From NCBI RefSeq assembly GCF_964204645.1, contig NC_134027.1, forward strand, positions 1,892,485-1,956,484: a DNA stretch of 64,000 nt. The letters run 5' to 3'. Both the position numbers and the translations under genes were made by a program. The stretch comes from Tubulanus polymorphus (lineage: Eukaryota; Animalia; Nemertea). Under the pieces are notes generated by a model. That model was not told the origin of the DNA and made no database searches. It saw nothing but the letters and a program-made list of their open reading frames with translations. Positions 39,696-48,964 of the stretch are shown in pieces (position 1 is the stretch's first letter; every line of letters starts with the position of its first letter).

Positions 39696-41182
39696 TTCAA
39701 GTATTAATAATAATGTAGAAAAAAATTAATGAAATTAGTTCTAGATTGTTTACCTTGCGCTTTCCAGAGTGAACTTAGCATTGAGGGTTGTCTCTGGTTT
39801 TAGTGCGGAGGATTCTAGTAGGATGGCACGCAGCATTCAGGAAACCGAGTGGTTTTTAGTCTCTTTGCACGTGTCTCCAGCTTAGTGTTATACCATACAC
39901 TCTTCGTTTTTAGAGTCAGTGCCTTTGACATGGACGTTAGTTTTCGCGCCCATGGTTTAATTAAACGACTTTTAAATAGATAATGTTACATTTGACGATT
40001 CATAGAATACCGATTCGGTAAATACCCTGCTGGAAATAGAAAGGAGCAGTTTCTTATTGACAGTGTCGTCTGCAGTGTGCGAGTCACCAGTCGGTCGAGG
40101 ACCGTGATGTTATATCAGCATTCTATCAGCTCAACTACGCATAAACAATTAAACACTTAAAACTTAACTACACAATGAAATACAAACCACTGAAAACACA
40201 AATACAAAAAACAACTACTTAAGATATGATAGAATGCTGAATACTTCATGGAATATAATCAAGTTTCATTGAGTTTTTTTGATAATGACTACTTCAATAC
40301 AATCAAGTATCATCTTATACTATTTCCAAAATCAGGTATTTTGGTGTTTTTGGTATTTTATGAATCGTGTTAATAAGAAATTAGTGTTTGTAGCTAAAAT
40401 ACTTTTTAATTTGCCGATTAAGATTGTTGTTACCTGAAAAATTATGCTGAAAAATAAATTCCTATGTATAATTATCTTATATTGTTAGAGAATTATCATT
40501 TTAAAATTGATTGCATGTTAGAAGTGTTTTCCGATGTATGAAATACCGCTTTCTGTTAAAAATGGGAGAGCAGTCTCTGGCAACTGAGGAGGTATGGTAA
40601 GCAGTGACTTAGATCTCTTAGATGTCATCGCTTAGAAGCATTCTATGGACTCAATTAATGAATAACAAACACTAAACCAAATAAAATCAAACACACAATT
40701 TAAAAAATCTCAACTTCAAAAATAAATGATTGATATCATAGAATGTTCCATTGATGATTTGATTAAGATAGTCTGTCATTGTTAATAAAGATCAAGAGGG
40801 TCATTTCTTGATCTTGAATTTCTGTGATCAGATTTGTGGTATTTCCATCGAGTACTGTACCCTTTCCTATGGTTTTTGCCAATATTTTCTAAATTTGGAT
40901 TTATCGCCAATGGTTTTTCTATACGACCCGGCCCTGCGGTATTGCATTTAGCCACCGGCGAAATCCGCCATCTTTTTTCTTGGCGTTCTCGCAGTAGAAC
41001 GCGTTGGATTTTTTCGCCGTAAAAATCTGGGAATTAGGATATTAGGGAGTTTTCACTCTCGTAACGGTGAGTCCGTTCGGTTTGGGGGTTATCCCTGATT
41101 TCTTTTTTTCCGTAAGAATTTTATTTACAAATATAATTTGATTGAATTGAATTGAATTGTTTTGATTTGTAACAGGATAATT

Positions 41183-43474
41183 ATGCCACCCCCTCCTAAG
41201 GGTCAGCATCGTGGCGGGGAGGGATGCGGGCATTTGTTTGGCGCCTGGGACAACCACGATTCATGTGCGTCGTGCAGGCGCAAATCCGGTCAAATATGTG
41301 CAAGGAGCAATCCTTGCAATATTTGCGTCGTGTGGTCCGAGGACCTTTGGCTTCGGGCCGATAAGGCTCTTAAACTAAGAGATCGTCGTCGAGTTAGCAG
41401 GGATTCGTCGGTTTCGGCCGATGTGCCAACCGACGTTTCTAATCCTGTTTCTTATCGTAAAGCGGAGCGGTCGCCGGTCGTTCAGGTACGATCGGCTTCC
41501 CAACTCCGTTCACCGGGGAGGAACGCTGGTTCACCGGCACCGGTCTCCGGTCATTCACCGGTCTCTGGTCGTTCACCGGCACCGGTCTCCGGTCATTCAC
41601 CGGTCTCTGGTCGTTCACCGGTTCGGCCGGTTCGGCCGGTTCAGACTACATGTTCGGAACCGAGCGCGCGCCGCGGTAGTCGCGAACGGCCCGCACCGGT
41701 TCGGTCGGTACCGGTCCGGTCCGGGTCGGGCATCGGTCCGGTTCGGTCCGGTTCGGCCACCGGTCCGGTCCAGACGTCGTCCGGTTCAAAACATCCGGTA
41801 CGTTCATCGTCTGATTCTGATCGTCGCTCCGGGGATAGAGCTCGCTCTCCCACTAGATTTAGACGCCGTGAGCGTAATAAACGAGCAAGATCTCCTTCTC
41901 GCAGATCAAGGTTTGATCGCGAGAGGGACTACGATCGTTATTGTCGGAAGTTTCGCCGTCGGTCTTCTCATCGTTCGTCGACGTCGGTTAGCGATGAAAG
42001 CGATTCTTCTAGTAGGTCGCGATCCCGTTCGAGGGACCGTCACCGAAGTCGGCATGATCGTCGGGATACTGGAAAATACCTGACTCAGAAGGATTTCCAT
42101 GTATTTGAGGAGAAAATTTTAAACTTGTTATCTTCGTCGCAACAAGTCGCTGCAACTTCTACAACAGGTAAGCCTATTCCTGATTGTCCGGTTAGAAGTT
42201 CGCCAGCCCACTCAGTTTTTCGGAATTCTGACTCTGAATTCCTGGATGCTGCGGTAGGGTCTGATTTCAATGAGGATCCGGTCCCAGAGGCGGCAATTCC
42301 TTCTGGGGTCGTTCCTGTCGCAAGCAATTGTGGGTTGCCCCAGACGATGGGGGCTTCCCTGGCTCGCAATGTATCTCCGTCCCGTTCAGTTTTATCCGAA
42401 CCAGCGGGGGACATGCCATTTAGAGCGATGATAAGTGAGTTCTTTGTCAAGCACGGGGCAACTCGCGCTAAGCCCACAGCAGCTCCTCTGGTCGGTGAGT
42501 CAATGGAAGCTTATCGCCCTCCGGACTCCGATCTTAACGTTTTACGGGAATCGTCAGCGGTTTCAAGAGAATGGGCTCGATTGGATACGCAATTATGGGG
42601 TGAATGTCGGCCTGAAACTTTTTCATTTCCCCCTCCAGAACGGGGTATGAAATCTGGGAAATATTTTAGTTCAACCGATCCACCTATAGGCGCATTTCGC
42701 TCGGCGTATTACGCAACTCCAGGTGCTGTGGATCACAGTCATAACTGCCTGGATGCTGATTATACTTTGATCAGCCCGGATACTGTTACAGCACAGTCGG
42801 GTATTCGTTTGCCTAAGTCCGGTTTGGTGGCCATGACGTCAATCCTGGACAATCTTACCAGGGTTGGTTCGTTTCAAGATATGGCACTTAAGGTGTTGAC
42901 GGGTGAGCTTCGCGAGACTCACGCCGCCGTTCATGCGGGCTCCGACCCAGAGTCAGTTGCCCTAAAACTGGAGGGAATGGACCGGATTATCCAATCTTTG
43001 GCTCGGTCTGTTTCGCATGTAATTCCGTTGTCGGTTCGGGGTCAGGCTAATCTGGTGTTAGCCTCCCGTCAGTCAGTGATGGACTCCAGTGCCAAAACTC
43101 GTCTACCGGATATGGTGTCCAATGCTTTGCTGAGAGCCCCATTGGGGACGTCTTCACGTCTCTTCTCCGGTTGGTGCGCTCCGGTTTCCGCAGAGCTGAG
43201 GAAGATTCGGGAGGTTCAGGCCAAGTCCAACCCCCGAACTCCGTGGAAAAAGCGTTCTGGTCCGACGCCGGCGGCGCAAGGTTCGGCACGGACGCAAACA
43301 GGACCATCTCAAACTTCAGCGCTTTCTCAGGCGGCTTCGGATGCCGGTTGGAGAACTAGCGCGCAACTTCAACAATCGTGTCAAGCCTCGTCCGGTCGTA
43401 ACAGTTCCGGTTCGTATCGAGGCAAGGGGAAGGCTCCAAAAAGGGGCTCTTCCTTTCGGAAAAACTCGAAATGA
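41183..43474 (+). CDS. DIRS ORF1, gag-like protein
   Basis: First ATG at 41183; N-terminal Cys/His finger (CGH...HDSCASC...C...CNIC); S/R/P-rich tract; ORF1 position. Confidence 0.85.
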   Translation: MPPPPKGQHRGGEGCGHLFGAWDNHDSCASCRRKSGQICARSNPCNICVVWSEDLWLRADKALKLRDRRRVSRDSSVSADVPTDVSNPVSYRKAERSPVVQVRSASQLRSPGRNAGSPAPVSGHSPVSGRSPAPVSGHSPVSGRSPVRPVRPVQTTCSEPSARRGSRERPAPVRSVPVRSGSGIGPVRSGSATGPVQTSSGSKHPVRSSSDSDRRSGDRARSPTRFRRRERNKRARSPSRRSRFDRERDYDRYCRKFRRRSSHRSSTSVSDESDSSSRSRSRSRDRHRSRHDRRDTGKYLTQKDFHVFEEKILNLLSSSQQVAATSTTGKPIPDCPVRSSPAHSVFRNSDSEFLDAAVGSDFNEDPVPEAAIPSGVVPVASNCGLPQTMGASLARNVSPSRSVLSEPAGDMPFRAMISEFFVKHGATRAKPTAAPLVGESMEAYRPPDSDLNVLRESSAVSREWARLDTQLWGECRPETFSFPPPERGMKSGKYFSSTDPPIGAFRSAYYATPGAVDHSHNCLDADYTLISPDTVTAQSGIRLPKSGLVAMTSILDNLTRVGSFQDMALKVLTGELRETHAAVHAGSDPESVALKLEGMDRIIQSLARSVSHVIPLSVRGQANLVLASRQSVMDSSAKTRLPDMVSNALLRAPLGTSSRLFSGWCAPVSAELRKIREVQAKSNPRTPWKKRSGPTPAAQGSARTQTGPSQTSALSQAASDAGWRTSAQLQQSCQASSGRNSSGSYRGKGKAPKRGSSFRKNSK

Positions 43475-45512
43475 ATTCTTGGGACCAGTGGGAGGTTGTC
43501 TGCAGAAGGCAGCAACCCACTGGTCCGACCTTTTTGGAGATGGTTGGCCCTCCCGGGTCGTCTCTCGTGGCTACCGTCTCCGTTTCCTAAGGCGACCGCG
43601 CCTGACGAGGTCACCTCCCGACATGCGGCCAAAACCAGGTCAGGAGGCCTTAATCTCTCCGGCTCTCAAGGAACTGGCAGAGAAGGGAGCGATAGAACCA
43701 GTTTGCAACGAAACTTCTCCCGGCTGGTTTTCTCGAATATTCATGGTACCAAAGGCCACAGGGGGTCAACGGACAGTGATAGATCTGTCATCCCTCAATC
43801 GGCACCTAGACATTCCAAGGTTCCGGATGACCAAGCCCAAGGACGTGATTCAAGGGCTCCGTCCGGGTCAATGGGCGGCTTCATTGGACCTGAAGGATGC
43901 TTACTTTCAGGTTCCAATTCACCCAAAATCTCGGCGATTTCTCAGGATAAAGTGGAAAGGCCGCCACTTCCAATTCAGGTCTCTTCCATTTGGCCTCAGT
44001 ACGGCCCCGTGGGTTTTCACCAAGTTGGTCAAGTCAGTTCAGAAGGTACTTCAGTCAAGGGGTGTTCGACTGTTCGTTTACCTCGACGACTGGTTAATAG
44101 TCGCGAATTCGGCTCAGGAATGTCGGGAGGCAATGACCTCAGTCTTGGACTTAGTCCATCAGCTAGGGTTCCGCGTAAACAGGGAAAAATCTCAGTTGAC
44201 GCCGGCCCAACAGTTCACTTATCTCGGCATGGACTTCGATCTCCGAATCGGCAAAGTCTTTCCGTCTATGGTTCGAGTGGCCAAACTTCAAGAAGCTGTA
44301 GCGGGAGTGTCCACAACCCCGAGAACAGCTCGTTACTGGTCACGGCTTCTAGGCTCCATCAGCTCCATGGGTCTGGTGGTGCCCTTAGGCCGCCTCAGAA
44401 GCAGGCGCTTGCAACAATATTGGAAGGTCTTCTGGTCTCAGTCGAAGGGCAACTGGGAGGCCTTGATTCCCGTACCTCCAACCGATCTAAGTCCGGATCT
44501 TCAGTGGTGGGCGGCCACTACGAATCTTCGGCTCGGGGTGTCACTAGCCCCGTTAGAGGCTCCAGTTCGTGTATTCATGGATGCCAGTCACCAAGGTTGG
44601 GGGGCACATCTGGAGAACCGAGTCAAAGCCGGGAAATGGTCTCGCTACGAGGCCACCAACCACATAAATTTCCTAGAAATGCTGGCCGTGTGGAAGGCCC
44701 TGAAGTTCTTTCACAGGAGAGTGGAGGGCCACCACGTTTGGTTAGCCACGGACAATTCAACAGTGAGGGCTTACCTTCAGAACCAAGGGGGCACTCACTC
44801 AGAAACCCTCACAGGTCTGTCGGCCAAAATTCTTCTTTGGTGCCAGACAAAGGGCGTGTCCCTGACTGTGGCACATTTAGCAGGGAAAAGGAACGTGATG
44901 GCCGATGCTCTGTCTCGTCGAGGTCAGGCTATTGCGACAGAATGGGTTCTCCACCAAGAAGTAGTCGATCGGGTTCGGGGCATTTTTGGCAATCCGCTGC
45001 TGGATCTGTTTGCCACCCGGTTCAATCGGAGGTGTCCTCTGTTTGTGTCCCCGTTTCCAGACGCGGAAGCGTGGGGGGTCGATGCCTTCTCTCTGGACTG
45101 GTCGGGGATGCATGCGTATGCGTTCCCGCCCACACCAGTCCTGCCGCGCCTACTGGATCAAATAGAGAGATCAGTCAATTGCAACATAGTTCTGATAGCA
45201 CCATGTTGGCCGGCTCAGAAATGGTTCCTACCACTTCTCAACCTACTGTGCGACAACCCCAGGATTCTTCCGAATTTCCCATCGCTTCTGTCTCAGGGGA
45301 TCTTTCGGCATCATCCAAACAGCCAGTGGTTAAATCTGCTCGCCTGGCCATTGTCCAGCGATCCTTGTCAGCTTCAGGCTTTTCAGAACAGGCTGCCTCC
45401 TTTATCGCAGGATCTAAGCGGCCATCAACAAGTACCATTTACGATGCCAAATGGAGTCATTTTGCGGATTGGTGTGCTGCAGGGGAAATTGATCCATGCT
45501 CACCCTCTGTAG
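43341..45512 (+). CDS. DIRS ORF2: reverse transcriptase, RNase H and Dam-like adenine methyltransferase domain
   Basis: SLDLKDAYFQV, LPFGLSTAP, YLDD (RT); MDAS..GWG, HINFLE, TDN, NVMADALSR (RNase H); LDLFA...DAFSLDW...YAFPP (MT). Confidence 0.95.
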   Translation: MPVGELARNFNNRVKPRPVVTVPVRIEARGRLQKGALPFGKTRNEFLGPVGGCLQKAATHWSDLFGDGWPSRVVSRGYRLRFLRRPRLTRSPPDMRPKPGQEALISPALKELAEKGAIEPVCNETSPGWFSRIFMVPKATGGQRTVIDLSSLNRHLDIPRFRMTKPKDVIQGLRPGQWAASLDLKDAYFQVPIHPKSRRFLRIKWKGRHFQFRSLPFGLSTAPWVFTKLVKSVQKVLQSRGVRLFVYLDDWLIVANSAQECREAMTSVLDLVHQLGFRVNREKSQLTPAQQFTYLGMDFDLRIGKVFPSMVRVAKLQEAVAGVSTTPRTARYWSRLLGSISSMGLVVPLGRLRSRRLQQYWKVFWSQSKGNWEALIPVPPTDLSPDLQWWAATTNLRLGVSLAPLEAPVRVFMDASHQGWGAHLENRVKAGKWSRYEATNHINFLEMLAVWKALKFFHRRVEGHHVWLATDNSTVRAYLQNQGGTHSETLTGLSAKILLWCQTKGVSLTVAHLAGKRNVMADALSRRGQAIATEWVLHQEVVDRVRGIFGNPLLDLFATRFNRRCPLFVSPFPDAEAWGVDAFSLDWSGMHAYAFPPTPVLPRLLDQIERSVNCNIVLIAPCWPAQKWFLPLLNLLCDNPRILPNFPSLLSQGIFRHHPNSQWLNLLAWPLSSDPCQLQAFQNRLPPLSQDLSGHQQVPFTMPNGVILRIGVLQGKLIHAHPL

Positions 45513-46423
45513 CTCAATTGGCAGATTTTTTACTGCACCTATTTGTAGCAAAAGGTTTACAGGTCATAACTATTAAAGGTTACCGCTCCGCGATTTCTCA
45601 TACATTGCGTGCTTCTGGATGGCCAAATGTAGCAGGGGATCATCGGATATCCCAGCTGGTTGCTGGGTTTTCTATTTCCCGGCCTCGGGTAACAAGGACA
45701 GTTCCACCATGGGATCTGTCTGTAATTTTGAAGAAGTTAATAGAGGCTCCATTTGAACCTCTTTCGGCAGCGTCTTTTGCAAATTTGTCAAAAAAGACTG
45801 TATTTTTGCTGTTCTTGGCTTGCTCGGCCCGTCGCTCTGAGATTCATGCGCTTTCAGTCCGACAAGGTCACATTGTCTTTGGGCCAGCGAATGAATTTGT
45901 TTCGCTGCGGCCTGCTTTGGAATTTTTGGCAAAGAACCAACGACCAGGCTCGGTTGGGCGTCAATGGCGAATTGAAGCCCTAAAACATCGAGTGGAACCG
46001 GGCATCCCGGACAGGACTTTATGTCCTGTGCGGGCGTTGTGTTTATATTTAGATCGCTCTGCTTCACGGAGGGGTTCACGGGAGCGGTTATTTATTCCGC
46101 TGCTGGATCACCTAAAGGGTGATATTTCGCGGGACACAGTAGCCCGATGGGTCTCTTCAATGATCAAGGACATTTTATTGAAGGAGAATCTTTCCTCGGA
46201 GGGAGTCGTTTCTCATCAAGTATGGTCTATGGCTACTTCCTGCGCAGCCTTTTCGGGTGCTCCGTTGGAGGAAGTCTGTCGGGCCGCCTTTTGGAATTCA
46301 CCGTCGACATTCACGTCATTTTATTTACGGGATGTTTCAGGCCAGTTAGGCTCATTAGCTTCACTTGGTCCTGTTGTCATGGCTCAAGGTGTCCGTTCTT
46401 TCCGATCGGACCCTTTAGTGTAG
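43496..46423 (+). CDS. DIRS ORF3: tyrosine recombinase (catalytic H-x-x-R reads HQVW)
   Basis: STSTIYDAKW, GYRSAIS, SARRSEIHAL, LCPVRAL, HQVWS, AAFWNSPSTFTSFYLRD; real start is uncertain. Confidence 0.92.
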   Translation: MSAEGSNPLVRPFWRWLALPGRLSWLPSPFPKATAPDEVTSRHAAKTRSGGLNLSGSQGTGREGSDRTSLQRNFSRLVFSNIHGTKGHRGSTDSDRSVIPQSAPRHSKVPDDQAQGRDSRAPSGSMGGFIGPEGCLLSGSNSPKISAISQDKVERPPLPIQVSSIWPQYGPVGFHQVGQVSSEGTSVKGCSTVRLPRRLVNSREFGSGMSGGNDLSLGLSPSARVPRKQGKISVDAGPTVHLSRHGLRSPNRQSLSVYGSSGQTSRSCSGSVHNPENSSLLVTASRLHQLHGSGGALRPPQKQALATILEGLLVSVEGQLGGLDSRTSNRSKSGSSVVGGHYESSARGVTSPVRGSSSCIHGCQSPRLGGTSGEPSQSREMVSLRGHQPHKFPRNAGRVEGPEVLSQESGGPPRLVSHGQFNSEGLPSEPRGHSLRNPHRSVGQNSSLVPDKGRVPDCGTFSREKERDGRCSVSSRSGYCDRMGSPPRSSRSGSGHFWQSAAGSVCHPVQSEVSSVCVPVSRRGSVGGRCLLSGLVGDACVCVPAHTSPAAPTGSNREISQLQHSSDSTMLAGSEMVPTTSQPTVRQPQDSSEFPIASVSGDLSASSKQPVVKSARLAIVQRSLSASGFSEQAASFIAGSKRPSTSTIYDAKWSHFADWCAAGEIDPCSPSVAQLADFLLHLFVAKGLQVITIKGYRSAISHTLRASGWPNVAGDHRISQLVAGFSISRPRVTRTVPPWDLSVILKKLIEAPFEPLSAASFANLSKKTVFLLFLACSARRSEIHALSVRQGHIVFGPANEFVSLRPALEFLAKNQRPGSVGRQWRIEALKHRVEPGIPDRTLCPVRALCLYLDRSASRRGSRERLFIPLLDHLKGDISRDTVARWVSSMIKDILLKENLSSEGVVSHQVWSMATSCAAFSGAPLEEVCRAAFWNSPSTFTSFYLRDVSGQLGSLASLGPVVMAQGVRSFRSDPLV

Positions 46424-46681
46424 AATATTTATGTAGCATTATCAGGATCACAGGGGGTGTATCCTTGTACATAGTTTGGGCTCATATCTGCAAGTATTAA
46501 TTTCGCAAAATTCTGGGGGGGGCTCCTGAGCTGGACGGACTCACTGTGGCCAACCGGTCTTCCCTGTGCTACAGTGCTCCTTCCGTGCTTGGGTAAGTGC
46601 TCTCTTTTTCCCTCTTACCTTGCGTTCGAGCGGTGGTTTTTCTATCTACCTTTCCCACCATCCTTGTGCTAGGCTAGTCTA

Positions 46682-46779
46682 GCAAAAACCATAGGAAAGG
46701 GTACAGTACTCGATGGAAATATTACAATTTTTGGAACTAAAATTTGTATTTCCGAGTAGTACTTACCCTTTCCTATGGT
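46682..46779. repeat. DIRS internal complementary region (ICR)
   Basis: First half is the reverse complement of the left terminus (40840-40878); second half is the reverse complement of the right terminal extension (~46945-47008). Confidence 0.93.
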
Positions 46780-47112
46780 GGGAATCCCGCCCACCTGCCC
46801 CGCATAGCTGTTTTTTTTTTTTTTGGTCTGCTATGACGAAAAAAGATGGCGGATTTCGCCGGTGGCTAAATGCAATACCGCAGGGCCGGGTCGTATAGAA
46901 AAACCATTGGCGATAAATCCAAATTTAGAAAATATTGGCAAAAACCATAGGAAAGGGTAAGTACTACTCGGAAATACAAATTTTAGTTCCAAAAATTGTA
47001 ATATTTCCTGGATCGAAGACATTGTTCGTATTGTATAGCTACACGATGTTCTAAGTAGTATTTGTTGATCATAGTATCAAATGATACAATTTGTATAATG
47101 AAACATTTAATC

Positions 47113-47450
47113 AATTAAAGTCATTAAAGTATGTTGAAAATATGTTTGTTTAATATAAAGAGTTGTAAGTTGTAATTAGTTTATATTAAGAGGGTCGGAT
47201 GTTTGGGTGGAGTTCAGTATCAACACTTTTTTGTGTGGTGTAACACTTAAAGTTAAATTGAAAATAAATTAAAGTTATTAAAGTATGGTGAAAATATGTT
47301 TGTTTAATATAAAGAGTTGTAAGTTGTAATTAGTTTTTATTAAGAGGGTCGGATGTTTGGGTGGAGTTCAGTATCAACACTTTTTTGTGTGGTGTAACAC
47401 TTACACTAAGTTAAATTGAAAATAAATTAAAGTTATTAAAGTTTAGTTGA
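47113..47450. repeat. ~155-bp tandem repeat, two copies plus a partial
   Basis: ATTAAAGTATG(T/G)TGAAAATATGTTTG...GTGGTGTAACACTTA repeated. Confidence 0.85.
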
Positions 47451-47951
47451 AAATTCCATTTTGTGTTAGCCAGATGTTTTTATAGTGCCGGATGTCTGGT
47501 GGATTTTATTATCAATACATTCATTTTAATGATGTAAAACTTTGTTAGTTGAATATATCTTATCTTATCATTTGTTGTTGATTAATTTTTTTGATTAGTC
47601 TTGATTTTATTACAGTGATTTATCGAGTGTCCGGCTCTGTTTGTTTGTTTTCTTCAAACCAGGTTTTACTCTTGATATCGGTTTTAACCTGATGTTTTTT
47701 TTTTTCAATAAAATCTTTTTCAAGTGCGTGTTGTTGTTTCATATCGACAAATTGACTTAGCCAGTAATTTGGACAAGAGTCCATTCCTCACTGACCACGT
47801 ATGAGATGTTTTCCAATTGAATCTCCTCTAGAGATGAACACTGATGAGATTAATACAAGATCAATCTGCAGCCTGTCGGCTCTCTAAGCCTGACTGGAAG
47901 TGGATGTACGTAGATATATCTCGTCGGTAAATGGGTAAAAGATCATTTTAA

Positions 47952-48172
47952 GGCTAAACAAAAATGATACCTTGTTTCTCCGCAGCGGCCGGGTAATTTT
48001 TGTAAGATATGATAAAATTTATTAACAGTTCATTTCTATAGGGGCCGGGTCTATTATGGTAAAATTGATCACGATTTTAAAAAAAGTAATGTATAGGGTA
48101 GGTAGGCGGCCGGCCGGGTCAACATTTAAGCTCAGCAGAGTGGAGAAAACAAGGTATCAATTTTTTTTAGCC
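47952..48172. mobile_element. Tourist/PIF-Harbinger MITE
   Basis: ~30-bp TIRs GGCTAAACAAAAATGATACCTTGTTTCTCC; TAA target duplication; inverted sister copy at 59759-59978. Confidence 0.9.
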
Positions 48173-48424
48173 TAATTACTAAATCGATTTTATGATGAGT
48201 TTTATCTCAAGAAATACCTGAATCTTATTTCTTAATTCATACGTCAGAAAATACTTTTTCTCGTGTCCCCAGGACGCTTCCGTAAAAATGGACAAGTATT
48301 GCGTAAGCGATGATCGGAAACATCGGGATTTCACAAAACTAGGAAATATCTACATGATCAACGAATTTTAAAATGTACTGTGAAGCGTGAAAATGTAAAA
48401 TGATTTTCAATCGGGAGCCGAACC

Positions 48425-48610
48425 GGGAATCCCCTTTATCAACCAGTCACCACTAAAATGTTGACTGCAGCATGGTGGTATCTGTTCATATTCATTTGAG
48501 AAAATTAAAAAATCACTTTCATAAGAAACACGTTGTAATGTATTATATATGTAATAAACTATGTTCACTATGCTTTAGATTCATTCTTTTATTATTTCAT
48601 TGCGCTACAA
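48425..48610 (+). repeat. Deleted duplicate of the ANLN last intron and 3' UTR
   Basis: Three collinear pieces match 15758-15849, ~16573-16589 and ~16630-16706. Confidence 0.85.
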
Positions 48611-48964
48611 AAATCTTCAATTCTAATTCAGAGGTCAGGAAAATCCAATGGGGTTAGTCGGCTGGGGAACCAAGAACCAAGGGGCGTAATGCCAAAAACA
48701 AACAAAAAAATAGTAATTTATTTGTTAGTCACGTAACAGCTGAAGTGCAGGATACATGAGGTTTTTAATTAATTGAAACACTCGAAATACTTTATAACTA
48801 ACTCCTGACCTGCCACGCGAAAGTATGTTTTCACTCACGTAACAGGTTGCACATACCCTGGCATGCGAGTATTTGTGCTGATAATTAGATCGTTTAACAT
48901 TTTCAAAATATTTTTGATATTACAATTATTTAAAAAAAGTGTCGCAAACTGGCAGAAAACCATG

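Larger units (their letters stand above)
40840..47008 (+). mobile_element. Full-length DIRS1-like tyrosine-recombinase retrotransposon
   Basis: Non-identical inverted terminal repeats (40840-40979, 46838-47008); internal complementary region 46682-46779; gag, RT/RNase H/MT and YR ORFs. Confidence 0.97.

Noticed and set aside
39750-40035. Exon-like minus-strand segment bounded by AG and GT
   Set aside because: No recognisable protein and the frames checked contain stops; cannot be supported without RNA data
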